From contig CABZMF010000001.1 in the NCBI GenBank assembly GCA_902526795.1, positions 71,458 to 135,457 on the forward strand: a stretch of DNA of 64,000 nt. Direction: 5' to 3'. This DNA comes from an uncultured Fidelibacterota bacterium. Lineage in GTDB: Bacteria > Fidelibacterota > Marinisomatia > Marinisomatales > Marinisomataceae. Of the stretch, positions 56,248 through 64,000 are shown one piece after another. Position 1 is the first letter of the stretch. The number at the start of each line of letters is the position of its first letter. Below the pieces are notes generated by a model, which was not told the origin of the DNA, ran no database searches, and worked only from the letters and a program-made list of their open reading frames with translations. Both the position numbers and the translations under genes were made by a program.

Positions 56248-57566
56248 AAAATTTTTTTATAAATAGATATTTAAATTTTTTTAATAACAGTCCATTTACC
56301 ATTTTTTTTATTTTGCTATTAGTCTTACCTATTTGTTTTTTGCAATTTTCATCTTTCATTAATTTTGCTATAATCTTTTATACTTACATTTTTTTTATTT
56401 TTACTCCAATTTATTTTTTATTTAAAACGCTAAGTCCTAATCATTCACTCGTAGATATATCTTTTTGGATATACGTATATGTTTTTTTTGGCTTTAGTGG
56501 TTTAATTCAATTTAGCTCTGAGCAAATACCTTGGATAAACTATTACAATGAAAATTTAGTGCATAAATCAATTATGATCGGAATTTGCGGTATAATTGGT
56601 TTCATCTTTGGTAGATATTCGATACAAAATTTAAGGCTGCCTAATAGAAATATAATAATATCAAGAATACATATTCTATTTTCTCTTTCAGTTTGTCTAG
56701 CATTAATATTATTTACTACATTAGGCTTCGAAAAAATAATTTATCCAAGATTTCTTTTTGATTTAACAGTAAAAGAGTCAGGATATTTACAAATATTAAT
56801 AATTCGATTTTTAAAAGTTTCACTCTTTGTATGTTTAATATCATATTTGTTAAAGCATAAACAAAACGAAACTTCTAGTTTTACTTTAATTGTGATATGC
56901 TCATTTATGTTGATTTATTTTAATCCTATTAGATCAGAAAGATTGAGCCTCCTAATGTTTTTAACTTTTATTTTGTTATATTTCGTTAATTATAGTAAAA
57001 AGTTTTGGATGGTAAGTCTATCGCTTGGATTATCTTTTATTTTTCCATATTTAGACTACTTTAGGGAATCACTATCCAACGATGGTTTTTCAAAGCAAAA
57101 TAGCTATGACGTTGCTTCACATTTTTTGACAGGAGATTTTGATGCTTTTTCAACAATCATATTGTCAATTAATTATATAAAATTTAATGAGTTTTCATTA
57201 TTCAAAAATTTTTTTGATGCATTACTTGTTTATATCCCAAGAGCTATTTGGGTTGATAAGCCTATATCTAGTTCATTCTTATTAACAAATGATGGAAGTA
57301 TCCAGTTTTCGAGCATTGCTACAAATTATTGGGCGGAGGGATACCTTGCTCTAGGATTTATTGGAGTTTTTTTATCTTTATTTATAATAGGTATTTTGGT
57401 AAAAAGTATATCAGAACAAAGAGATGGTAGCCATTTTATTCAGGTGATCTATATATTTTTTATACCATATATGATATATTTTTTGAGAGGTGATTTATAT
57501 TCTACGGCATTTCGCCTTATACCATTAATTTTTCTCACATATTTAGTTACAGAAAAAGAAAATTAA
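56244..57566 (+). CDS. Polytopic membrane protein, O-antigen/repeat-unit polymerase (Wzy)-like
   Basis: 440 aa with ~11 TM helices, very AT-rich, TTG start overlapping the kinase stop. Position in the Wzx/Wzy-type locus. No strong sequence motif, which is usual for Wzy. Confidence 0.5.
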   Translation: MKNFFINRYLNFFNNSPFTIFFILLLVLPICFLQFSSFINFAIIFYTYIFFIFTPIYFLFKTLSPNHSLVDISFWIYVYVFFGFSGLIQFSSEQIPWINYYNENLVHKSIMIGICGIIGFIFGRYSIQNLRLPNRNIIISRIHILFSLSVCLALILFTTLGFEKIIYPRFLFDLTVKESGYLQILIIRFLKVSLFVCLISYLLKHKQNETSSFTLIVICSFMLIYFNPIRSERLSLLMFLTFILLYFVNYSKKFWMVSLSLGLSFIFPYLDYFRESLSNDGFSKQNSYDVASHFLTGDFDAFSTIILSINYIKFNEFSLFKNFFDALLVYIPRAIWVDKPISSSFLLTNDGSIQFSSIATNYWAEGYLALGFIGVFLSLFIIGILVKSISEQRDGSHFIQVIYIFFIPYMIYFLRGDLYSTAFRLIPLIFLTYLVTEKEN

Positions 57567-58440
57567 AGTTTAATTTTTTTCTATTTAATATAAATACAAT
57601 TAAAAGTAAAATTATTAAATCAATAATAATAATCTCGTAAAATTCAATTTTCACTGCTTTAGGATTATTATAAATATCTGAGACAACAAAATTAAGCTCT
57701 TCTTTTTTTAGTGAAAGTTTTTCTGTTTCCACTTGTTGAACAAGTAAAGCATATACTGTATTAGTTAATTCTACTTCCCTTGATAATCTTAAATACTCAA
57801 TTTGAAGTAAAGGTGAATCAAAATCTTTATTTTGGACTAAGAAGTCCCTAAGTTGGTTTTCTTTATTTTCTAGTTCTTCTTTTACCTCAATTTTTCTTTG
57901 ATCAATATATTTAACTTTAGCTCCTGAACTATCTTTATATGATTTATTAATAAAGTTGATTAGATAGTTGTAGATATAGTTTCTTACCTCTATTGAAAGA
58001 TCAAGTGAATCAAAATATGTTGTTATTGTTATTAAACCAGACGTACGTCCAATGTCAACTTTAATTAAATCATCAAAATCTTCTGAAAATTCATCAATTA
58101 ATTCTGATTCATTAGAATTAAAAATGTTAATCAATTTCTTGGATTCAAAATAATCAAGTAAAGTTTTATTTTGAAGGGAATCATAATTTTTGAGAAGTAA
58201 TTCTTTCCTCAATATATAAGAATTAACAATATCTGGAACATAAATAATAGGATCAGTTGTATTTAATCCTTGGCCAATTCCAAAATCATCGACTAAGCTC
58301 ATCAAAGATGAATTATTGAAATCATCACCATATGATGGGTACATTGATATTAGCGATTCATATTTTTCTTCTTGTACAAAAAAGTAAAACATTGAAATAA
58401 AAAGAATTAGAAGAAATGATTTTGTAATTTTGGTATTCAT
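57547..58440 (-). CDS. Polysaccharide chain-length determinant (Wzz/PCP-like) protein
   Basis: 297 aa. One N-terminal and one C-terminal TM helix flank a coiled-coil periplasmic domain (PCP topology). 20-nt convergent overlap with the wzy-like gene. Confidence 0.55.
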   Translation of the reverse strand: MNTKITKSFLLILFISMFYFFVQEEKYESLISMYPSYGDDFNNSSLMSLVDDFGIGQGLNTTDPIIYVPDIVNSYILRKELLLKNYDSLQNKTLLDYFESKKLINIFNSNESELIDEFSEDFDDLIKVDIGRTSGLITITTYFDSLDLSIEVRNYIYNYLINFINKSYKDSSGAKVKYIDQRKIEVKEELENKENQLRDFLVQNKDFDSPLLQIEYLRLSREVELTNTVYALLVQQVETEKLSLKKEELNFVVSDIYNNPKAVKIEFYEIIIIDLIILLLIVFILNRKKLNFNFLFL

Positions 58441-58530
58441 TATTTGTCTAAGTTTATTATAGTTAATTTGTTAAACTAATTTATGCATTTAATATTATTT
58501 TATACAAATTTAAATAAATGAATTTGAAAA

Positions 58531-58604
58531 GGGCCCATAGCTCAATTGGTTAGAGCAACGGACTCATAATCCGCAGGTTCGGGGTTCAAGTCCCTGTGGG
58601 CCCA
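58531..58604 (+). tRNA. tRNA with CAT anticodon: elongator Met or, more likely, tRNA-Ile2 (lysidine-modified); not an initiator
   Basis: Hand-folded 74-nt cloverleaf: acceptor GGGCCCA/TGGGCCC, D arm GCTC-AATTGGTTA-GAGC, anticodon loop CTCATAA, T arm CGGGG-TTCAAGT-CCCTG. G1-C72 pairs and there are no 3 GC pairs in the anticodon stem, which excludes fMet. Resembles E. coli ileX as recalled (C4-G69, C5-G68). Confidence 0.88.
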
Positions 58605-58607
58605 CAA

Positions 58608-59519
58608 ATGAGCAGTCATTCATATATCAAAAACAATAAAAATGAAGGTATATTCATAAATATTGATGGAAAATTATTTCCAAGAAATGAAGCTAAAGTA
58701 TCTGTGTTTGATAGTGGATTTCTTTTAGGAGATGGTGTCTGGGAAGGAATAAGGTTACATAAAGGTCGCTTAATTTTTATAAATGAACATTTAGATAGGT
58801 TATTTAGCAGTGCAAAAGGAATTTCGCTTAATATTCCTTTTTCAAAAAATGAAATTATTAGAGAAATCTTGAAGGTATTAGAAAAAAATAATATGAAGGA
58901 GGATGTTCATATTAGACTAATAATATCAAGAGGGGAAAAAATTACACCATATCAGAATCCGAATGCAAATTTAGGACCTGTCACTTTAGTAATAATTCCA
59001 GAGTTTAAAAAAACTAGTCCTGAAACCTATACAAATGGAATTAGTATTGGAAGAGTTCAAACAATAAGGCCTTCAAGTAATATCTTAAGCACCCACTTTA
59101 ATACCCTAAGCAAATTAAATTGTATTTTAGGTAGCATTGAAGCAAACGAATTAGGCTATGATGAAGGAATAATGAATGATCCTTATGGTAATATAAGCAC
59201 ATGTAATTCTACAAATTTATTTTTTATTATAAATAATGAAATTTGGACATCTAAAGGTGAATATTGCCTCAATGGAATAACCAGAAGTAAAGCAATTTAC
59301 ATTTGCAAAAAAAATGATATTTCTTGTTTTGAAAAAGATTTTAATTTTGAAGAAATAAAAAATTGTGATGAAGCATTTGTAACTGGAACATTTGCTGGTA
59401 TAATTCCAGTTTCAAAAATTGAAGATAAAAAGTTATCATCAACAAGGTCCAATTCATTAACAAATCATTTAAGAGACCTTTATAATAAACATATTCAAGA
59501 CAATATTAATCAAGCATGA
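58608..59519 (+). CDS. Class IV (fold type IV) PLP aminotransferase: BCAT / D-amino-acid aminotransferase / ADC-lyase family
   Basis: About 303 aa from ATG 58608. EAKVSVFDSGFLLGDGVWEGIRL..GRLIFINEHLDRL motifs, Lys region TLSKLNCILGSIEA, EAFVTGT. The track GTG start at 58596 would lie inside the tRNA. Confidence 0.85.
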   Translation: MSSHSYIKNNKNEGIFINIDGKLFPRNEAKVSVFDSGFLLGDGVWEGIRLHKGRLIFINEHLDRLFSSAKGISLNIPFSKNEIIREILKVLEKNNMKEDVHIRLIISRGEKITPYQNPNANLGPVTLVIIPEFKKTSPETYTNGISIGRVQTIRPSSNILSTHFNTLSKLNCILGSIEANELGYDEGIMNDPYGNISTCNSTNLFFIINNEIWTSKGEYCLNGITRSKAIYICKKNDISCFEKDFNFEEIKNCDEAFVTGTFAGIIPVSKIEDKKLSSTRSNSLTNHLRDLYNKHIQDNINQA

Positions 59520-60229
59520 TAGTAGCTTGTTGGTCTGGTCCTCGGAATATATCTACAGCACTAATGAGGTCATGGTCTTCTAGAAAAGATACATATGTTA
59601 CTGATGAACCCTTTTATGCATATTATTTAAAAAAAACAAAGATTAAACATCCCATGTATAAAGAAATAATAGAAGCTTATCCAACAAACTATAGTGAAAT
59701 TGTTAATTTTCTCAATGATAAAATACCTGATGATAAAAAAATATGGTATCAAAAACATATGGCTCACCATATTCTAGATTTAGATAATATTGAATGGATT
59801 AGTAATTTTCAAAATTGTATTTTAATCAGAAATCCAAAAAAAGTAATTGATTCATTCTCAAAGAAAAATGAATTGATTGATGTAGAACAGCTAGGCTATC
59901 CACAACAATATGAAATTATAAAATTTCTAAAAAAAACAAATAAGCCTTTTTTAATCATTGATTCAAGTGACTTATTAAAAAATCCTGAAAAATTACTTTC
60001 GATCTGGTGCAAAAACATTAATATTAATTTTGATAAATCTATGCTTAAATGGAAAAAAGGCAATCATATTAATGATGGCCTTTGGTGGAAAATTTGGTAT
60101 GGTAATGTTATTAAAACAACTGGATTTCAAAAATATGAAAAAAAAGATATTACCATTGAGAATAAATACGATTCTATTTATAATGAATCAATGAAATATT
60201 ATAGTTATCTGAAAGATGCCCAATTATGA
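59516..60229 (+). CDS. Sulfotransferase-fold (P-loop-like) protein of unknown substrate
   Basis: 237 aa. N-terminal WSGPRNISTALMR (5'-PSB-like loop) and ILIRNPKKVIDSF (3'-PB-like RNPxxxxxS). ATGA overlap with the aminotransferase gene. Confidence 0.55.
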   Translation: MIVACWSGPRNISTALMRSWSSRKDTYVTDEPFYAYYLKKTKIKHPMYKEIIEAYPTNYSEIVNFLNDKIPDDKKIWYQKHMAHHILDLDNIEWISNFQNCILIRNPKKVIDSFSKKNELIDVEQLGYPQQYEIIKFLKKTNKPFLIIDSSDLLKNPEKLLSIWCKNININFDKSMLKWKKGNHINDGLWWKIWYGNVIKTTGFQKYEKKDITIENKYDSIYNESMKYYSYLKDAQL

Positions 60230-60426
60230 ATATTTTACTAAAACTATGGTCACAACCCACTTGGATAAAATGGCTTGTTTATCTAGCTATCTCTTACGTC
60301 CTATTTTTAGTCAAAGAGGCGTTTGCTATCGTTTTATGGCTTCTTTTTTGTATTATTTTGTATTACTTAATTTTTGCTAACAATATTTTTAAGACAAGGA
60401 CTTATTATGAAAAAAATAATTTTTAG
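60226..60426 (+). CDS. Small 2-TM membrane protein (hypothetical)
   Basis: 66 aa with two hydrophobic helices. ATGA overlap with the upstream gene and 20-nt overlap with the M1 peptidase gene. Coding status unverified. Confidence 0.35.
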   Translation: MNILLKLWSQPTWIKWLVYLAISYVLFLVKEAFAIVLWLLFCIILYYLIFANNIFKTRTYYEKNNF

Positions 60427-62062
60427 TGTGTTGATATGTACTTTTTTGTCTTGTCAAGAAAATAGACCTCATGGAAATCAATATAATCTACCAGAACTGA
60501 CCCCAAATAATTTTTTGATTGGCAATTTAAATGAAAATCGCTCATCGTATAGAGTTTCATTTTATGATATAAATATAGATTTTGATATTGATAAAAAATC
60601 ATTAAGTGGATTTGTGACTGTAAAGGCTGAGGTCATTAATGATCTAAACAAACTACAAATTGATTTAGCTGAAAATTTGAAAATAAAAAAAATAATACAT
60701 AATAATCAGATCGTACCTTTTTCAAGAAATTTTGACGCTGTGTTAATTGATTTTAAATCAACAATTAATAAAGGTAGTATGTTTGAGTTTACTGTTTATT
60801 ATGAGGGTATTCCTCAGAGTGCAGATAACCCTCCTTGGGCGGGTGGATTTACCTGGTCCAAAGATAAAGATGATCGAGACTGGATTGCCGTTTCATGTGA
60901 AGGTGAAGGGGCAAGAATTTGGTGGCCTAATAAAGACCATATTACAGCTGAAGGAGATAGCGTTAGAATGGCCTATACAGTCCCTTCAAGTTCGGTCGCT
61001 GTGGGAAATGGAAAATTAAGAAACGTTACAAGTCATGGTAATAAAACTACTTATGAATGGTTCGTTAGTAATCCTATAAATAATTATAACATTTCCGTTC
61101 AAATTGGAAATTATGTGGCAGTTCAAGATACTTTTTTGAAAGATAATAAAATACATTATATGAATCACTATGTTTTAGATTATAACCAAGAATTAGCCTC
61201 AAATTTTTTCCCGCAATCAAAAGAAGTGATAAGATTCTATGAAAAGTATTTTGGTGATTATCAATGGTATGAAGATGGATATAAGCTTATTGAAGTCCCA
61301 TATCTTGGAATGGAACATCAGTCAGCAGTGACGTATGGAAATGGATTTAGCATGTATAATGGTGTAAGAAGCAAAAGCTGGCCTATGTATGGAGTTATAG
61401 ATCCATTAATTATCCACGAGACTGGACATGAGTGGTTTGGGAATAGTGTAACCGCATCAGATCCTACTCATATTTGGATTCACGAAGGATTACAAGTTTA
61501 TTCAGAAGCAATTTATTTTGAAGATAAATTTGAAAGTTATGAGGTAGGTGTTCACTACCTTAATACTTTAAAAGATAGAATTGTTAATGAAATTCCTATT
61601 GTTGGTAATGAAAATGAAAATCATTGGGCTCTCCACGGAGATACTTATATGAAGGGTGCCTGGGTAATGCATACACTTAGAAGTGTAATCAATAATGATG
61701 ATATTTGGTTTAAAATTTTAAAAGAATTTATGATAGAAAATGCTAAAAGTTTTGCTGATACTGAAGATTTTTTTAATAAGGTAAAAGAAAAGAGTGGTGT
61801 TGATTATTGGTATTTTGCTCAGCAGTATTTTTATAGTCCCAATCAACCAAAACTTGAATTCTATCAAACTGATGATAAATATTTTTACCGATGGGCTAAT
61901 GTAAATGACAATTTTTCAATGCCTATTGACTTTCTCGTAAATGGTAAAAAAAAGAGGGTTAGTCCAACGAAAAAATTTCAATCTTTTCCAATAACAAAAC
62001 ATTCACAAATTGAAGTAATGGACTGGAAGTTTTATGTTGAACCAATAGAAGTGCGTATTTAG
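60407..62062 (+). CDS. M1-family zinc metallopeptidase (aminopeptidase N-like) lipoprotein
   Basis: About 551 aa from ATG 60407. Lipoprotein signal MKKIIFSVLICTFLSC, HETGHEWFGN (HExxH) and WIHEGLQVYSE (distal Glu). Ends with TAG. Confidence 0.85.
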   Translation: MKKIIFSVLICTFLSCQENRPHGNQYNLPELTPNNFLIGNLNENRSSYRVSFYDINIDFDIDKKSLSGFVTVKAEVINDLNKLQIDLAENLKIKKIIHNNQIVPFSRNFDAVLIDFKSTINKGSMFEFTVYYEGIPQSADNPPWAGGFTWSKDKDDRDWIAVSCEGEGARIWWPNKDHITAEGDSVRMAYTVPSSSVAVGNGKLRNVTSHGNKTTYEWFVSNPINNYNISVQIGNYVAVQDTFLKDNKIHYMNHYVLDYNQELASNFFPQSKEVIRFYEKYFGDYQWYEDGYKLIEVPYLGMEHQSAVTYGNGFSMYNGVRSKSWPMYGVIDPLIIHETGHEWFGNSVTASDPTHIWIHEGLQVYSEAIYFEDKFESYEVGVHYLNTLKDRIVNEIPIVGNENENHWALHGDTYMKGAWVMHTLRSVINNDDIWFKILKEFMIENAKSFADTEDFFNKVKEKSGVDYWYFAQQYFYSPNQPKLEFYQTDDKYFYRWANVNDNFSMPIDFLVNGKKKRVSPTKKFQSFPITKHSQIEVMDWKFYVEPIEVRI

Positions 62063-62127
62063 ATATATTGTAATAATAATTATGGTTATTAGATAATATA
62101 TTTCACAAAAAATTTGGAGGTATAATT

Positions 62128-62733
62128 GTGAGTAATGTTGTATGGCACCAAACGACGATAAATCAAGGTGATAGAAAAAAATTTTTAAATCAGAAACCAT
62201 TTGTATTATGGTTCACTGGATTAAGTGCAAGTGGAAAATCAACGATTGCAAATATAGTTGAACAAAAACTTTTTAAAATGAAATATAAAACCTATTTGCT
62301 CGATGGTGATAATGTTAGACATGGGCTAAACAGCGACCTGGGATTTGACGAAGAAAGCAGAGTTGAAAATATCAGAAGAATAGGTGAAGTTGCAAAATTA
62401 TTTAATGATTCAGGCTTAATTGTTCTGACTGCATTTATTTCTCCATTTATTTCGGACAGAACACTTGTTAGGAAATTATTTGAAAAAGGCAACTTTTTGG
62501 AGGTTTTCATTGATTCTTCTTTAGAGGTTTGTGAAAAAAGAGATCCAAAAGGTATGTATAAAAAAGCAAGAAATGGTGAGATAAAAAATTTTACAGGGAT
62601 TTCATCTCCATATGAAGTACCAAAAAACCCTGAAATCCATTTATTAAATAACGATGCAAAATTAGAAGAATTATCTAATCAAATAATAAATTTTTTAATA
62701 GAAAATGAATATATAGAAGAAAGGAAGTTTTAA
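62128..62733 (+). CDS. cysC: Adenylyl-sulfate (APS) kinase
   Basis: 201 aa, GTG start after a GGAGG Shine-Dalgarno. LWFTGLSASGKSTIA P-loop, LDGDNVRHGLNSDLGF, FISPF, KGMYKKARNGEIKNFTGISSPYE motifs. Confidence 0.93.
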   Translation: MSNVVWHQTTINQGDRKKFLNQKPFVLWFTGLSASGKSTIANIVEQKLFKMKYKTYLLDGDNVRHGLNSDLGFDEESRVENIRRIGEVAKLFNDSGLIVLTAFISPFISDRTLVRKLFEKGNFLEVFIDSSLEVCEKRDPKGMYKKARNGEIKNFTGISSPYEVPKNPEIHLLNNDAKLEELSNQIINFLIENEYIEERKF

Positions 62734-63086
62734 TGAAATATTCAATGTTTGTTGGAAGATGGCAACCACTTCATAAAGGTCATTTATGGCTCATTAATGA
62801 AAGGTTGAAAAAGGGCAAGAATGTTTGGCTTGCTATACGCGACGTTGAACCAGATAAAAATAATCCTTGGACAGCCAAAGAAATTGAAAGCATGATTCAT
62901 GAAGGTGAACTTAAAGATTTAATTAAAGATGGGAGAGTGATCACCTCAATAATTCCTGATATTGAATCAGTAAATTATGGAAGAGGCGTTGGTTACGAAA
63001 TAATCGAGCATATTCCACCATCTGAAATAGGTGAAATATCTGCAACATCAATAAGACATGAAATGAGAAAAAAAGGTGAACTCTAA
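62733..63086 (+). CDS. Minimal HxGH nucleotidyltransferase (cytidylyl/adenylyltransferase superfamily; NMNAT-like motifs)
   Basis: 117 aa. FVGRWQPLHKGH (GRxQPxHxGH) and C-terminal ISATSIR (ISxTxIR) motifs of the nucleotidylyl-transferase alpha/beta phosphodiesterase fold. TAATG coupling to cysC. Confidence 0.65.
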   Translation: MKYSMFVGRWQPLHKGHLWLINERLKKGKNVWLAIRDVEPDKNNPWTAKEIESMIHEGELKDLIKDGRVITSIIPDIESVNYGRGVGYEIIEHIPPSEIGEISATSIRHEMRKKGEL

Positions 63087-63157
63087 AACCTTAAAGTCAC
63101 TTTTTAATATTTTTTTATCATTTTATATAAAAATCAAAGACTTACTATAGATTCATA

Positions 63158-64000
63158 ATGAATTTAAATAATAATTTATTTTGGGCGATTTTAGGAAGAG
63201 CAATTGCAATAATAGCTCTTTTGCTTTTAAATAGTTTAGTAGCAAAAAACTTAAATATCGAAGATTTTGCTTTTTTCAATTTAATAATGAGTATTATTCC
63301 ATCTTTTTTTATGTTTTTGGCTTTCGGTCAAGATGTTACATCATCAAAATTTTTGCCTTCAAACAAAAAGAAAAATTTACATATAAGAAATGTTTTAAAG
63401 ATCTTCTTTTTAATTCTTACCATATTATCAATGCCATTAATAGTTTTTTTTAATGATTTCATTCATTTTTTCAGAGATAATATAAGCCTATTTTTTTCAG
63501 TTATTTTTATTGTATTGTTTTCATCAATTTTAAGAATTATTTCAGATTATTTCAGAGCAACAAATCGTTTTAATTATTTTATTCTTTTTAATAGTACTCG
63601 CAGTAGCGGTGGATTGGTAATTTGGGGGTTGCTATTATTACAAATCTTTTTATTATTATTTTTAAAACAGTTTTCTTTAGAAAATATTTTTTACTCTTAT
63701 GCATTATCTTCATTTTTAACTTTATTGATAATATTATTCATTAAAAGATATTCATTATTTCGCTTTACCTTTAAAAATAAGTTTGCTTTTACTGAAAATG
63801 ACAATTTTAAAAAGTTTTTTAAATCTTCTTTATTTATTGCATCATCCTCACTACTAATAATGATAAAATCAGATCATGATTTTTGGATTGTGAGTGCTTT
63901 TGGAAGCGCTAATGAGCTAGCATTTTATGCTCCGATAATTAAAATTGCAGTATTAGTAATGGTTCCTTTATCCATTTTTGAGTCCTTTATGCCAAAGAAT
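63158..64000 (+). CDS. Polysaccharide biosynthesis protein / oligosaccharide flippase (Wzx-like, MOP superfamily), N-terminal ~280 codons; continues past the right window edge (absent from the ORF track)
   Basis: Own translation from ATG 63158: MNLNNNLFWAILGRAIAIIALLLLNSLVAKNLNIEDFAFFNLIMSIIPSFFMFLAFGQD... The frame is open to position 64000 with a succession of TM helices and a Wzx-like N-terminus. Confidence 0.6.
   Translation, partial: MNLNNNLFWAILGRAIAIIALLLLNSLVAKNLNIEDFAFFNLIMSIIPSFFMFLAFGQDVTSSKFLPSNKKKNLHIRNVLKIFFLILTILSMPLIVFFNDFIHFFRDNISLFFSVIFIVLFSSILRIISDYFRATNRFNYFILFNSTRSSGGLVIWGLLLLQIFLLLFLKQFSLENIFYSYALSSFLTLLIILFIKRYSLFRFTFKNKFAFTENDNFKKFFKSSLFIASSSLLIMIKSDHDFWIVSAFGSANELAFYAPIIKIAVLVMVPLSIFESFMPKN

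Noticed and set aside
58441-58607. tRNA(CAT) as the attachment site of an integrated genomic island
   Set aside because: No integrase is nearby. I could find no direct repeat of the tRNA 3' half (TCCCTGTGGGCCCA) downstream within the window. Flanking genes on both sides belong to the same polysaccharide/sulfation theme.
1-64000. CRISPR arrays, IS elements/transposases, integrases, prophage blocks, toxin-antitoxin pairs, restriction-modification or other known defence systems
   Set aside because: No repeat-spacer periodicity appears in any intergenic region; the largest spacer is ~219 nt. No ORF has transposase, integrase, nuclease-helicase or typical defence-domain motifs. The only methyltransferase homologue is motif-degenerate and has no nuclease partner.

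Overview
AT-rich, very gene-dense segment (about 97% coding by eye, with more than 25 gene junctions that overlap or leave at most 2 nt) from a diderm bacterium. The lpxD-lpxC-fabZ-lpxA order, a TonB-dependent receptor with an N-terminal carboxypeptidase-regulatory-like domain, an nfeD-floA pair and clear Shine-Dalgarno use suggest a streamlined marine lineage of the FCB-superphylum type (Marinimicrobia-like); this is inference only. Positions 1-46 kb are core housekeeping. They hold two lipid A/outer-membrane clusters (lpxK-DUF374-lpxB-oxidoreductase-ychF; uppS-bamA-skp-lpxD-lpxC-fabZ-lpxA-dxr-rseP, plus an lpxL-like gene), DNA repair genes (uvrA, ruvB, mutY, alkA-like), MEP pathway genes (ispDF, ispE, dxr), and an unbroken plus-strand string queA-ispDF-ispE-tRNA(Gln)-prs-rplY-pth-hppA-rpsF-rpsR-rplI. 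They also hold Lrp plus a type II glutamine synthetase, nfeD-floA, adk-coaE, two secreted esterases, and yqeY-cvpA-dnaG. Positions 46-64 kb hold a TonB-dependent receptor and then a Wzx/Wzy-type surface polysaccharide locus (DegT aminotransferase, Wzi-like, sulfotransferase, Wza-like, gpmA, heptose-kinase-like, Wzy-like, Wzz-like, Wzx-like). A tRNA(CAT) interrupts this locus and is followed by a PAPS-linked module: class IV aminotransferase, sulfotransferase-like protein, 2-TM peptide, M1 peptidase, stand-alone cysC, and a 117-aa HxGH nucleotidyltransferase. I found no CRISPR array, IS element, integrase, prophage, toxin-antitoxin pair or recognisable defence gene. The points most worth a second look are: (1) lpxA has no canonical start codon and lies in-frame behind fabZ across a single TAG; (2) DnaG has lost all four zinc ligands of its zinc-binding domain; (3) the Mrp/ApbC homologue contains no cysteine; (4) a beta-class DNA methyltransferase homologue has degenerate catalytic and SAM motifs; (5) cysC is translationally coupled to a minimal nucleotidyltransferase beside an aminotransferase/sulfotransferase-like pair; (6) two tRNAs directly abut downstream start codons. 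All functional calls come from reading the translations and recalling family motifs; no database search was run.
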